Source: Octopus vulgaris
Lineage: Eukaryota
Assembly (NCBI GenBank): GCA_951406725.2
Contig: OX597823.1
Span: forward strand, 45,198,001-45,262,000
Reading direction: 5' to 3'
Length of the DNA stretch: 64,000 nt
In this document: piece by piece, positions 1-13,849 of the stretch
Numbering within the stretch: the stretch's first letter is position 1
How the letters are laid out: the number at the start of each line of letters is the position of its first letter
Position numbers and translations under genes: made by a program
Notes under the pieces: generated by a model
What the model was told of the DNA's origin: nothing
The model's database searches: none
The model's input: the letters and a program-made list of their open reading frames with translations, nothing else

Positions 1-160
1 TTGGTGATGTAGCTACCAGCGTTAGTGCAGGTGCAACCAGTGGTAACATAGTGCAGGATTGGTCATCCCATTGGTGTCAATGATAATTGTTTGGTCATTA
101 TCTGTAGTGGTGGTGGTACATACATATATACATACATACATACAAACATACATACATACA

Positions 161-196
<36 letters not shown>

Positions 197-633
197 TATA
201 CATATGCATATATATATATATACATACAATGGTCTTTTTTCAGTTTCTATCTACAAGATCCACTCACAAGGCTTTGGTTGGCTCAAGGCTTTAGTAGAAG
301 ACACTTCCCAAGCTGTCACACAGTGGAACTGAACCCAGAACCATGTGGTTGGGAAGAAAACTTCTTATCACACAACCACACCTGTGCCTATATACAGGAT
401 ATGAGCTGGCAGAATCATTAGTGTGCTGGATGAAGTGCTTAGTGTTATTTTGTCTGCCGTTATGTTCTGAGTTCAAATTCCTCCGAGGTTGACTTTGCCT
501 TTCATCCTTTTGTGGTCGATTAAATAAGTACCAGCTACGCACTGGGGTTGATGTAATTGATTTACTCTCTTTGTCTGTCCTTGTTTGTCCCCTCTATGTT
601 TAGCCCCCTGTAGGCAATAAAAATATATATATA

Positions 634-910
634 CAGGGTGCAGTGAATAAACTTTCATCAAAATTATGCAAAAATGAAAAAGACATCTCATTTTAACAGA
701 TGTATTTACCAAAATTACATAAAAATATCTTGAATACTAAAGGGTAAATTTATTCGATAAAATTGCCATTGACTTCAACCACAGCCTCCAGATGACTTCA
801 GAATCTCCTGCAACTCTTCTGGATGGTCTCCTTGTTTAAGGTGGTGAATGCTACCATAGTCCTTGCATTCAGTTCATCTTTGGTATTACAAGGCATTTTG
901 TTGGGTCTCT
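634..910 (-). mobile_element. 3'-end fragment of the 56025-57305 DD37D family
   Basis: TA then CAGGGTGCAGTGAATAAAC; colinear with 56025-56290. Confidence 0.8.
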
Positions 911-978
911 AACCAGGCCTTTCATGATACCATTAAAGCCAGGAACATTTTAGCACCCCTTGTGTGTGTGTGTGTGTG

Positions 979-1027
<49 letters not shown>

Positions 1028-1646
1028 CAATAGGTGAATGAATTATCCTATGTTTATCGTCAGCATGGAAAATTTGTTGAACCAATACCAGGGTAGCAAA
1101 TTCATGTCAGAAACACGGTTGAAGCGACCTGTCCAAGGGTAGAAACTCCGGGTTCATGTGCAGAAATTTGTGTGTTATATATGAATAAATGAAAGAATGG
1201 AGTCGAACGAAGATGTTTATTTATATATATATATATGTATTTACATCCTTATAAAAAGCAAAGTTTGTTTGTTGAAAACACTAAATGAAATTGATAATAT
1301 TTCAAGTTTTCATGTCATTTAAATTAATCTGACCATTCCACAGATAGCTGTGCACTTATTTTCGGAAAACAGAGCAGGGGTACTAAGTTGGTGGTGTATT
1401 GGCTCCAATTTCTAACAATCCATGTACTGTCTATTTCATGATAATGCTTTTTATAGAGTGAAAAATACTTCACCTATCACTCAATCCACCTCCAACTTTC
1501 TCTCAGTTTATACATTACATTTAATCCTTTTAAGTTGCTTTCTCTCTGTATCTCTGTCCTTCTCTATGTCTCTATCTTTTTCTCAGGTTGTATATGTGCC
1601 TCTCTCTCACTACTTCTACCTCTTTTTCTCTCTAGAGAAAAAACAC

Positions 1647-1691
<45 letters not shown>

Positions 1692-2308
1692 GGTTACAGA
1701 GAAAAAACGAGTAAGACGCTGGACCTCTGCTTTTCCTCTGTCTATATGTCCCCCTTTCTGTCTCTATCTCTCTCACTATCCACCCTCTTTCTCTCTCTGA
1801 TTGCAATTGTATTTCTCTCACTACCTCTACCTCTTTTTCTCTCCAGAGAAAAAATACATGAGGCAGATAGAAAAGGGGTTAGGGAGAAAAAACAAGTGAG
1901 ACAGAGGGTTTGAGCACTGTTTCAGACTGGGGTCAAGAGGTTGGCTAGTATATATATAATTAATAAAACGCTTTTGGTCATGTACTGAGTAATGCATTAA
2001 TAATAGTAAAATAACGATATGGTTAGTCACAGATATGAAGGAATTGCTCCTTAGTTTACTTGTATGCAGGTACAGAAAGTCTTCAAATTTTCCATTGAAG
2101 TGAAATGAAATAAAATAAATATTCTACTTAATTACATTTCATTTCCTTGGGAAATATGAAGGCTTTCTGTAACTGTAAGGAACAATTTCTGTGAAAGTAA
2201 GGAACAATTCCTCGGTTTCTTCCAACTGTATTGTTATTATTATTACTCTTTTACTTGTTTCAGTCATGTGACTGTGGCCATGCTGGAGCACCACCTTTAA
2301 AAGTTTAT

Positions 2309-2385
2309 TAGCACGAGTGGGGTTCGAACCCACGCGGACAGATGTCCATTGGAACTTAAGTCCAACGCCTTAACCACTCGGCCAT
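2309..2385 (-). pseudogene. tRNA-Leu(TAA) copy lacking the 5' strand of the acceptor stem
   Basis: Minus strand reads ATGGCCGAGTGGTTAAGGCGTTGGACTTAAGTTCCAATGGACATCTGTCCGCGTGGGTTCGAACCCCACTCGTGCTA. D arm, anticodon arm (TTGGA-CTTAAGT-TCCAA, TAA at 2358-2356), long variable arm and T arm are intact. The 3' acceptor strand TCGTGCT needs 5' AGCACGA, but AAAATAA is present. Confidence 0.85.
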
Positions 2386-2554
2386 TATTTTTCTTTTTTC
2401 TTTTTTTTTAAATGCTGTGTAGTATGTATACCGTGTATACTTCTTTTTTTTTTTATCATTCCGATATATGTAAACCCCAACAATTTGTCTGTCTTTGTAT
2501 TGTCTCCCTCATCTTTCGCCCTGGTGGCAAATAAAAGAAATCATTATTCTTATA

Positions 2555-2830
2555 GAAACAAAGCTCAGGTTTGGTCTTTTCCCTGGTAGGATTTATGTGG
2601 TAGCAGGCTACTACCTGTAACTATAGGTACCACAGTTTTTGGCAGTCTTTCAAGTGCTTAGAACCCCCCTGATAATCCTTGCAGTCCCTAATAAGCAAAC
2701 TTTCTGTAGGAACTCTACTGGGCATTCTATTTCAATCACTTTCAAATATTTGTCTATATCTTTATTCTCCTCCAAAAGTCAGGTCACTCATGGATTTTTA
2801 TGAGTAGCCCTCAAACTTCTCCCTATTGAG
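2555..2830 (-). mobile_element. R4/Dong-like LINE 3' fragment
   Basis: Reverse complement resembles 29260-29440 (PVEFLQKVCLLGTARIIR, then a similar 3' UTR). Confidence 0.55.
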
Positions 2831-3012
2831 GATTACACATTGTTGACATTTTTTCTTTTTTATAATTTTGTTAGTCTTGTTTACATGCAAAACCCTCACA
2901 ACAACGCACTCACACATACACACACACACTCTTTGTTTTGTCTTGTATTGTCCATAACTTGTGGTTAATAAAGAAATCATTATTTTCATTATCATCTTCT
3001 TTCAATTCTGTA

Positions 3013-3058
<46 letters not shown>

Positions 3059-3349
3059 CAAAGGTAACTGAGAGTTGAGAGGGAAGTGCTGTGAGAGGGA
3101 AGTGCTGTCCTTGAGTGAATTTATTGAAAGATGGGTGAAGTTGTGAAAATGGCAAGAGTGTATGGTACTGTAGACCTACAAGTTAGAGTATGGGAATTGG
3201 AGGGGGCACTTGCCCTTTGGTGTTCAGGGAGATCTTGGATTATTTCTAGAGGATCTCCTGTATCAGGAGGACCACATCACTATCATCTTTCTTTTTTACT
3301 GTTGTATACTATGTGTTATTTCCTTCTTTGTTTTATTGTTTGCTGTGTA

Positions 3350-3775
3350 TACTCTCTTTTTACTCTTTTACTTGTTTCAGTCATTTGACTGTGGCCATGC
3401 TGGAGCACCGCCTTTAGTCCAGCAAATCAACCCCAGGACTTATTCTTTGTAAGCCTAGTACTTATTCTATTGGTCTCTTTTGCCAAACCGCTAAGTTACG
3501 GGGACATAAACACACCAGCATCGGTTGTCAAGTGATGTTGGGGGGACAAACACAGACACACAGACATATACACACACATACACATATATATATATATATA
3601 TACATATATACGACAGGCTTCTTTCAGTTTCCGTCTACCAAAACTGCTCACAAGGCTTTGGTCGGTCCAAGGCTATAGTAGAAGACACTTGCCCAAGGTG
3701 CCATGCAGTGGGACTGAACATGGAACCATGTGGTTGGTAAGCAAGTTACTTACCACACAGCCACTCCTGTGCCTA
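3350..3775 (-). mobile_element. SINE family A (tRNA-like head, CORE-like ccttgggcaagt block, internal microsatellite)
   Basis: Full copy; more than 15 copies of this family in the window. Others at about 225-390(-), 10160-10322(-), 13415-13795(-), 38255-38625(-), 49020-49155(-), 52220-52380(-), 58240-58430(-) and 35490-35762(+). Confidence 0.85.
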
Positions 3776-4961
3776 TACTTTCAATTTTTCTTTTGTTTTT
3801 ATTTCATTATAATTAAATTCCCACACTTTATATCTATTTTTGTATGGTCCACATCATACTTTGCCCTGCTGGCTAATAAAAGAAATCCTTATCATTATTT
3901 TTACCATTAATTATTATCTACACACACACACATGCACACACACACGCACGCACACACAACGCACATCTATTTGAGTGAGTGATTTCATATTTTTTCTTCG
4001 TCTTATTTTTGTTGGCTGACAGTAAGTAACAACAGCCTTGCTATCAAATAAAGGTAGTGTCATATGTTTGCAGTCAACCATGAAAATATGTCTGGCTTCT
4101 TGACATGTTGTATGATCATTGTAAATAACAAAAAACAAAAAAAAAAGTCTTGTAACTATGTCTGATTTATTCATTATTTTAATTGAGTAGGAGATCATTA
4201 CCACATTTAGAAACAAGTGATGGCAAGCAACAGAAGGGTCATCCAACCACAATCTGCTTCAGTGAATTCATCTGACTCATGCTGCCATGCAGAAGTGGAT
4301 GTTAAAGTGATAAAGATGATGATCATGATTTACATTAACTGAGGACCACTAGTAACTATTGAGCTACTTACATGAAACTAGTGTATGGATTTCATTACAT
4401 AACAAGCTACAAGCAACACACACACACACACACAGACACAGACACAGACACACACACAGACACACACACACACACACACACACACAGAGGGGAAAACAAA
4501 CTCTAGAAATTTATTACAAGCATTGAGTGAACACTCTGTTTAACAGGTTAACAACAAACAAAAACACACACATGTTTCTATATACACACACACATATATA
4601 CATACATATGTATGTATATATATACACATATGTGTGTGTATATATATATATACACACACACAGAAAACACATATATACATACACATATATAAATATATAC
4701 ATATATATGTATATTTATATGTGTGTGCATGTATACATATATACATAAATATATATGATCACACAAACAAAGACACTTCTTCAGTTTTGAAACAATATGG
4801 AATAATAAATAGCAGAAATCAATAAGAGTTTCTATATTCTTAAAACAAAGAAAAATCATAAGTTCTTGAAGAATTTCTTCCCAAAATGTCAATAAAATTC
4901 TATTAAAATCTATCTATGTATCTATGGACATACATATATGTACATATATGCACTTATTTAC

Positions 4962-5051
<90 letters not shown>

Positions 5052-5203
5052 ATGTATGTATATATGTATGTATGATGAATATGCTCGTACATAGACAGTT
5101 TTCCCTACAGTAATATATAAACAAATACTCTTATATTTCAAACTTGTAAGCAAGGAAGTTGCCAGCACCACCACTGCCACTGCTGCCACCACCACCATCA
5201 CCC

Positions 5204-5246
<43 letters not shown>

Positions 5247-6061
5247 GTCATCTTTGTCATCCAGCATATTTGTGCACATATATGTGTATGTGTGTGTGTA
5301 TATAATATGTGTAAAGGTGTATAAGTACATATATATGTAGGCATGTAACAACAACAACAACAAGAACAAAAACAGCAATAATAATAAATGAAAAATATAC
5401 ACAGTTCTATCTTATTGAATTTTACTTGAAACTTCTTCATTTCTTTATCCAAAAACACAACAAATATAGGCGAAACAAGTTGAATACAATAGACAATATC
5501 AGGTGATTAGTTCTGGTGGTGTGAGAGGTTAGAGTGATAGGAGGTGAGATGAGACAATATATTACAAGTGTGCTTGTAGCCAAGTTGATGGAGGGTGGCT
5601 TCCTCCCTCCTTTCCTCCTCACCGCCACAACCACCATCACCATGTGATGAAGTCTGCTAGTTGAGATAACTGATCTTCAGCAGTCATGCTGATGCTTCTG
5701 TTTCTCAGAGATAATTCTGACTTACATGGAAAAGAGATCTTCAGATAATCTATCTTTTGTGTTTTCACTTCCCTCAACCTTTACCATTCTTCAGTTTTGC
5801 TCATTCAACTTTGCCTCAGCTACTGGGAGAATGAGAAAGAAGTTTGTTTTAGAAATACATCAAATTGCTTCCAGTTTTTTTCCTTAATAATTCTCCTTCA
5901 TTGGATTTTTATTCCCAGTGCATACATATGTGGGTATGTGAGTGTATGTGTATATATACATACACACATATAGATATGTGTATGTATGTGTGTGTGCGTA
6001 TGTATGTGTGTGTGTATGTATGTGTATATATGTATGTATATATATATATATATATATATAC

Positions 6062-7225
6062 TTGGAAAAGGATGCGTGGCGTTCGATCATATAATAATAT
6101 AAATAATATATAATCATATGCATATATACATATATATACAGTAAAAGCAATTAAGATTCAAGTGAGTTCTGTTGAATTCACATGAATGAGGTACTTAACT
6201 TAGATGCACCAGAAATCTATATGGTATTAGCCATAAGACAATGCGGGGTGATTATAAGCAAGAAATATGTATATATACATCCATATATGGGTACAGGAGA
6301 TCCCAAAAACGTTGAACACAATAAGAAAAGAAAACATAAAAGCAAAAACATAGAAACAAACTTTTTTAAGAGCGAAAAAACGAAAAAAACAAACAGAGAA
6401 ACAAGACATACAACATAAAGAATATTCCCCTTTTTCAGTTGTCCCTGTTTCATCTACTCCATGTTTTGAAGGTAAGGACAAAACGTGACTTCATTGAAAC
6501 AGTCCTTCCCGGAAAGCAAATTAAATAAAATTTGGGATTTTTTGCTGAGGGTGAAAGTGGTAACAAGAACAGGACAGTGAGAACAAAACAGTAAAAACAA
6601 ACGTTGAGGGCTGTTAAACCAAGATGATAGAAAAATTCTGAACACTAGGAGGATGAGCTTATGAAGGAGACAGTATAAGCTCGTTGTTGTCTTTACGAAG
6701 GTAGTAGTCAGAAAGATAGATTCTTTTTTGTCACGTGTCAGCGACGAGAGAGTGAAGCTGGAGGAGTGAGAGGGAGAGAGGGAATGGTGAAGAGGGGAGG
6801 GGAAGAATAGGGAAGGGTGGGAAAGAAAACCAGAAAGGATGAAGAACAAGAGAAGGAGAGAAATAGACAGAGAAGAGATAGTAAAGATAGAAGAGTGCGC
6901 ATTGTAATTATTAAGATAAAACTTATTTGGAAAAGGATGCGTGGCGTTCGATCATATAATAATATAAATAATATACAATTATATGCATATATACATACAT
7001 TTATGTGCATACCAACATATATATGTATATATACATGCATGTTTGAGTACAGAAGGGGAATATTCTTTATGTTGTATGTCTTGTTTCTCTGTTTTTTATG
7101 TTTTCTCATTGTTAAAAAAGTTCGTTTCTATGTTTTTGTTTTTATGTTTTTGTTTCGCATTGTGCTCAACGTTTTTTTTTTTGATGTCCTGTACCCATAT
7201 ATGCATGTATATATACATATAATTA
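6062..7225. repeat. Composite element with a ~165-bp inverted repeat and a 49-bp perfect direct repeat
   Basis: Inverted repeat at about 6265-6432 and 7052-7220. Identical 49-mer at 6062-6110 and 6927-6975. (TA)n flanks. Confidence 0.75.
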
Positions 7226-7234
7226 TAAATTATT

Positions 7235-7279
<45 letters not shown>

Positions 7280-7919
7280 AGAAGACCTGTCTTCCACGGC
7301 AAAAGTGTTGAAACTGCATCTCCTAATGGAGAGGATTGGTCTGGAAGAGTCCTGTGCTGGTGCCATTTAAAAAGCATTCATGCTGGTGTCACATAACAGT
7401 GCTTGAGTGGGGTCACATTAAAAGCTCTCAGTACACACTGCAAAGTGGTTGGTGTTAGGAAGGCCATTTAGCTATGGAACTCAAGCCAAATCAGACTGAA
7501 ACCTGATGCAGCCCTTCGGCTTGCCAGCTCTGGTCAAACCATTCAACCCATGCCAGCATGGAAAACAAACATTAAAGGATGATGATGATAGTATAACTAA
7601 GACCACATATTGAATTGTAATAATGGAACAAGCAGATGTACTTGAAGAGGAAATAGCTGGGATTTACTCTAACCCTATATAATATATATGTGTGTGTGTG
7701 AGTATGTATATATATATATTATATAACATGTCTATATTATTTTAACATGTCTACCAGATGTGTTAAAAAATACTGTTTGGCATGCTCTCATCACATGAAA
7801 CTAATAGTAACACATAAAAACATACATTGTGTTTATTAAATAATATTTATATCTCACTAGATAGAGTACTTCATTTGTTGATCTTACCATCATGGAACAG
7901 TACACTATATATATATGCT

Positions 7920-9500
7920 TGAATGGAGATGGATGCTTGAACAGAGACATGTAGATTTGTGTTGCATCCGAGAAGTAAGGTGGAGAGGAAGTTCTGTTAG
8001 TTCCTCACAGGCAAAGGACATAGGTATATGATTTTCTGGGTAGGGAACACTGATGGGGTTGGGGGTGTGGGTATACTTCTTGCAGAGAAATGGGTTGATA
8101 AAGTAATCGAGGTAGTCATAGTTTGTGATAGATTACTTAAGCTTAGATTAGTGCTGCAACATGGATTAGTAACCATTATCTTGGCTTATGCCCCTCAGCC
8201 AGGGCTACCTGATGAATAGAAAGACCGATTTTATGACACCCTCTTGCAGACTACCTCATCGATGAATGACAGGGGCCATCTCTCTGTGGTTGCCAACTTC
8301 AATGGGCCTGTTGGACAACATGCAGGGAGCTTCCATGGCATACATGGTGGCTATGGATTTGATTTCCGCAATGAGGAGGGAACCAGGCTGCTGGAGTTCT
8401 GTGTTGCAAATGATGTTATGGTCTGTAATACTAACTTCAGGAAACCTGCCAGTCACCTGTTCACCTACCAGTCTGGTGGATACACTAGTCAGATTGACTA
8501 CATTCTCACCAGGAAATGGGAAAGATGGCTACTTATAAATGCCAAAACATTCCCGGGAGAAGAATGAACCCCACAATATAGGTTAGTAGTTAGTAACTTC
8601 AGGATCAGGGCTAAATGGATGCTCAGAAGATGACCACCATGGAAAGGAAGGGTCTGGAAGCTTAAGGATTCTGTGAATGGACAGAGATTTAGAGATGTAA
8701 TACTTGAAACTTTTGATGAAAAAGAGGAGGATATAGCATCACACAATGTGGAAGACAACTGGAGGTTTCAACAGAACAACCTGTTGAGGGCTACTGACCT
8801 GATCTATGGATGGTGCAAAGTCCCCTCTTGACCTAAGGAAATGTGGTGGTGGAACAATGTAGTTGACAGGGCCATTAGGGAAAAGAAACAGGCATGGATG
8901 AACTGGAATAACAGTGGTAGCAGGGAATTGTATCAGATTGCTAGAAGAGAAGCTAGGAGACAAGTTTACTTAGCCAGAGGGGAAGCAGATAAGAAAAAGT
9001 TTGCCAATGTTCTGTGTCATGAGGACCAAAGACTTGAAGTGTTTCATGTTGCAAGACAGTGTGTGAGAGGGAATTGTGATATCATAGGAGAGAAATGTGT
9101 CTGCATGGATGATGGCTCACTTGTATTTAATGAGGCTGCAATGAGAGGAACTTGGAGATGCCATTATGAGAGGTTGCTAAATGAAGAGAATGAATGGGAG
9201 AAAGAGAGTCTGCTGAATATCAACCCAACAGAGGGGCCAGCAATCCAAATTGACAGTACCTTGGTAGATAAAGAATTAAAAGTATGAAGACAGGGAAAGC
9301 TCTTGGCCCATCAGAAATCACTGCAGAGATGCTTAAAATATCTGGCGGTGTAGGCTATAGTCTAGTCAACCATATAGTCAATCAGGTGATACATGAAGGA
9401 GTTATACACAATGACTGGTGTAACAGCACCATAGTCAACTGCTACAAAGGTAAAGGTGACACAATTATATATAAATAATTAGAGAGGTATCAAATTGTTG
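7920..9500 (+). mobile_element. Decayed RTE-clade LINE fragment (APE endonuclease, linker, start of RT)
   Basis: Interrupted ORFs with GVGIL, AYAPQ, (D)FNG, CNTNF, SQIDYIL, WWWNNVV, MKTGKALGPSEIT and YKGKGD. Several stops and frameshifts. Confidence 0.9.
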
Positions 9501-9759
9501 TTTTGCAAGTTATTTCAGACAGTTTTGAAAGTTACTGAATCTGGATCATGTATCATGTTGTTAATACTCTTTGATATCCCAAACCTATAGAACAATAGTT
9601 AGGAGTCAAAAGTATCTCCCAATTAAGAAGTTATACGTATCAACTATAAAACAGGAATTGGGTGCTACTTTTGACTCACTCTGTATATATATATATCATC
9701 ATCATCATCATCATCATCGTTTAACATGGAGAACGGACGTTAAACGATGATGATGATGA

Positions 9760-9795
<36 letters not shown>

Positions 9796-9797
<2 letters not shown>

Positions 9798-10140
9798 TAA
9801 TAATATTAGGGAGTATATCCAAACTTACAGGGAAAAATTAGATTTAGGATTAAATCAAATTTCACAGTACAAATTCAATTAGAGATAAAACCACTATTAG
9901 GCAACTCAAACAGTGATAGACATAAACCAAAACATAAAAATAAAAATAAATATAATTAATAAAAAAAATTAAAAATTAAAAAATTAAAAAATATAAAAAT
10001 TTAAATTTTATATTTTATATATATATATTATATATTATATTAATTATATTTATTTTTTGCTTTTTATGTTTTGGTTTATGTCTATATGTCTATCACTGTT
10101 TGAGTTGCCTAATAGTGGTTTTATTTCTAATTTAATTTAT
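9796..10140. repeat. AT-rich fold-back element in (TA)n
   Basis: aaaaccactattaggcaactcaaacagtgatagacata (about 9887-9924) has an exact inverted copy at about 10085-10122. Confidence 0.75.
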
Positions 10141-11604
10141 ATATATGTATATATATATATATGACAGGCCTTTTTCAGTTTTTGTTTACCAAATCCACTC
10201 ACAAGGCTTTAGTTAGCATGGGACTATTGTAGAAGACTCTTGCTCAATGTGCCATGTAATGGGATTGAACCTGGGACCATGTGACTGGGAAGCAAACTTC
10301 TTACCACACAGCCACACCTGTACTTACTGCAAAATACGGAACATGGATGTTAAATGATGATGATAATATATATTCTACAGCATCTCATTTAACTTATGAT
10401 GTATCATTTGTGGTTATGTCTGTTGTTGTTGTTGATAGTGCAAACCTGTTATCAAAGATATTGAAACCATGACCTTCCTGTTTTTTTTTTTTGTTTTTGA
10501 AGTATAGGACACCTGGGATAACATTATCTACTAATGTGTCATGTTTTTTGAAGAAGGTAGAGTGTGGAAGGCAGAGAGAGATTTGGTTGATATTTCTAGC
10601 AGATTGATTGGTTCTATAAGGTTGTGATGGTAACGTACCAATGAAAGAAATTATTATTAATAGTAACATTGTCACATCCCTGAAAACTGGGTGTCTGGAT
10701 TCACTTGTGCTATTTTCTTGGCAGAAATGCATGTTAATTCCTTCCAGGTCTTTGGTTGGGTGCAATTTGGTATGAGTACAGATTTGTTTATTGCTTATTT
10801 TTTTGTTAATCTGCTTGAACAGGAAGGAAACATTGTTAGTGATTAGGTGTCACTTATTTCAACCAAACCTGAAATTCAATGAGGAAACCTCTACATCAGT
10901 AATTCTCAGCCATTTTTTCCCCCCACTATTATTTTATTTGAGTGAATCCTCATAGCCATTTGATGCTTTCAAAAAATACTTCTTGTATATTTATAGTTAA
11001 ATATTATTAGGAATTGCATAAAAACAAAATAACGAATTTATTGCACATAAACTTTAACAACAAAATCTTATGTGGACCCTGTTTGAAAACCATTGGTCTA
11101 TATAGTCACTCATCTGTTAAAAATAGCAACCAAAGGTAACTTTTTTGCCTTTCCTTCTTTTGTGAGTAGATAAAAAACTGTCTGTTCTGGGTAATGGATT
11201 GGAAGATATTTAAGAACAATAGACTGGGTACCTAGTGGTATTTGTTCTGCTTCTTGTGTTCTAATTTAAAATCCCTCTACATCCTACTTGGATGGTAGAT
11301 TTAATCTATCATCCAGTTTAAGACTACCACCTGATTCTATGCATACCTGTAGTGGACTATCCTTTGTTCCAAGCATTTGGGTAAGTTACTGGTTTGAGGA
11401 TAGCTTCCTATCTTTTATCCACGTAGTCTCAGAGGTTATGTACAGGGTCATTGGCACTGTCTTTCTCTCCTCACAAAAGGATTTTTTAAAAAATGTTCCT
11501 CAAATTATATACTACTAATCTTTTAAAAACAAAGGATCTGTGGATCTGTTGGATAATGTAGTCTTTAATAAGCTTCACCAGAGAAAAAAGGAACAGACAA
11601 GTTA

Positions 11605-11842
11605 TTTCTTATTTCTTTATTGCCCACAAGGGGCTAAACATAGAGGGGACAAACAAGGACAGATAAAGGGATTAAGTCGATTACATCGACCCTAATATGT
11701 AACTGGTACTTAATTTATCGACCCCGAAAGGATGAAAGGCAAAGTTGACCTCGGTGGAATTTGAACTCAGAACGTAGCAGCAGATGAAATACCGCTAAGC
11801 ATTTCGCCCGGCATGCTAACGTTTCTGCCAGCTCACTGCCTT
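11605..11842 (-). mobile_element. SINE family B (B-box gagttcaaattcc, conserved gcctttcatcctttcggggtcgataaa core)
   Basis: Full copy. Others at about 400-622(+) and 14810-15043(-). Variants with an alternative tail at 15775-15983, 18440-18650, 20820-21030, 22462-22688, 28716-28930, 39765-39975 and 58810-59022 (all -). Confidence 0.85.
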
Positions 11843-13308
11843 TGTTATTTCTGGTTGGAATACAGACAAGTTATTTCTGGTTGGAATATCTTCATTCATG
11901 AGTCTGCTGTATCAGGGCTGATCTGCTGGTTAAACAACAACAGTAACAACAACCAAACTTGAAGAATGCTTCCTGACATAAATGTGTTAAGTTCACATGC
12001 TGTCATTAGAATTGCATTTTGTTAAATATTATCAGACAGTCTCAATGTAGAGAAAATATTTTATGATGATTGAGTTTTTAACCAAATGCTGTTTAATGAT
12101 CCTCAGAGAGCATGCCATACAGCCATATGCCAACCAAATTTATTTTAGCTGCTTCTAATCACAGAAAATATTAATGAAAGTCAAACTTCATAGCTACAAG
12201 ACTGATACTTTATTCCATACTGCAATAGGATTTAAGGCTTCATATGTGTGATCACCATTTCAAAACTTTCTAGAACTATAACTTGGTTTGGCATGTTCAC
12301 AAAATGGTTACATTCAAGCATTTTGTTTGTCATTTTTTACTGAAATACAATTGCCTTTGTTACAGTTAATTATGAAATTAATGAAGAATTTAGTAAAATA
12401 ACTTAGTCATTAATTATGTAAGGTTTTATTTTTGATCACTTTAGAATAAACTTTCTATCATAGAACCAAGAAATTTCAAGTGGGCAGGTATCAAAAGTGT
12501 TAACCAAACAAATTTAAGATTTCAGGGTATCAGCACACTATAGATTATTTAATATTTTACAATTCTGAGCTCTATACCAAGGTACACCTAAATATATGTA
12601 TTTGTTTTTCTAGCTTATTTCTTCATGTTTGTTAAATATGAATTGGTAACAGCTTCCTATTTTACCATATCTGATACAAGAAGCCTGTATGTTGAACAGA
12701 AACCATAGTAATCTACAATATTGGTTCTAAACATTTTATTGACTAATACATTCAGTCATAATGCTGTTGTATCACAGCAGTTACAGTTAACAGCAACAAC
12801 AACAACAACATTGATAACTACAACATTGGTAGCAATAACAAAAGCAACAAAAGATATTGGTATAACAGCCACAAAACAGAGAACAATACTTATAATAAAA
12901 AAAAAAATGATAAAGTAGAAGTACATATATTGGTTATTTCTAGAGATTCCTTGTTCAGATTTGGAGGTAATAATTAAAATATTACTTCAAACTGACAAGA
13001 TTGTTTGGAATGGCAGCAGTAATCTTGTGAAGTAAAACTGTACAACTTTGAGCGACTTTTATAATTTCAATGACATTTTTATTCATTAGTTATCTGCAGT
13101 AAATTGTACAGAGAAACTTGTGGCGTCATGGTTTGGAGATAGAGAAATTTGTGTAAAACAGACACATTCATACACAGATGCATACATTTGTATATATGTA
13201 TAAAATATTTTAAAATGAGGACATTTATATGTCAATGTTATGATTCTGAAATCTTTTAAATGTTTGCTTGAGAACATTTATATTTTCTGTATATTGTACT
13301 GTATGCTG

Positions 13309-13358
<50 letters not shown>

Positions 13359-13594
13359 GTGCGCACAGGCACACACACACACACATATCTATATATGTTC
13401 TTTATACTTTTATTATTTTACTTGTTTCAGTCATTTGACTGTGGTCATGCTGGAGCACTGCCTTGAAGGGTATTAGTCAAACAAATTGACCCCTGGACCT
13501 ATTTTTTTAAAGCCCGGTACCTATTTTATCGATCCAAACTGTTAGATTATGGGGACGTAAATACACCAATACCTATTGCCAAATGGTGAAGTGG

Positions 13595-13626
<32 letters not shown>

Positions 13627-13797
13627 CATACACGCAAAGGGATTCTTTCTGTTTCTGTCAACCAAATCCACTTAAAAGGGTTTGGCCGGCCCGAGACTAT
13701 AGTAGAAGACACTTACCCAAGGTGCCACACAGTGGGACTGAATCCATAACTATGTGGTTGGAAAGCAGGCTTCTTACCACACAGCCATACTTGCACC

Positions 13798-13849
<52 letters not shown>

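Noticed and set aside
12944-12966. Possible plus-strand micro-exon (tctag|...GAG|gtaata)
   Set aside because: Splice-like motifs only; no partner exons or recognisable peptide.
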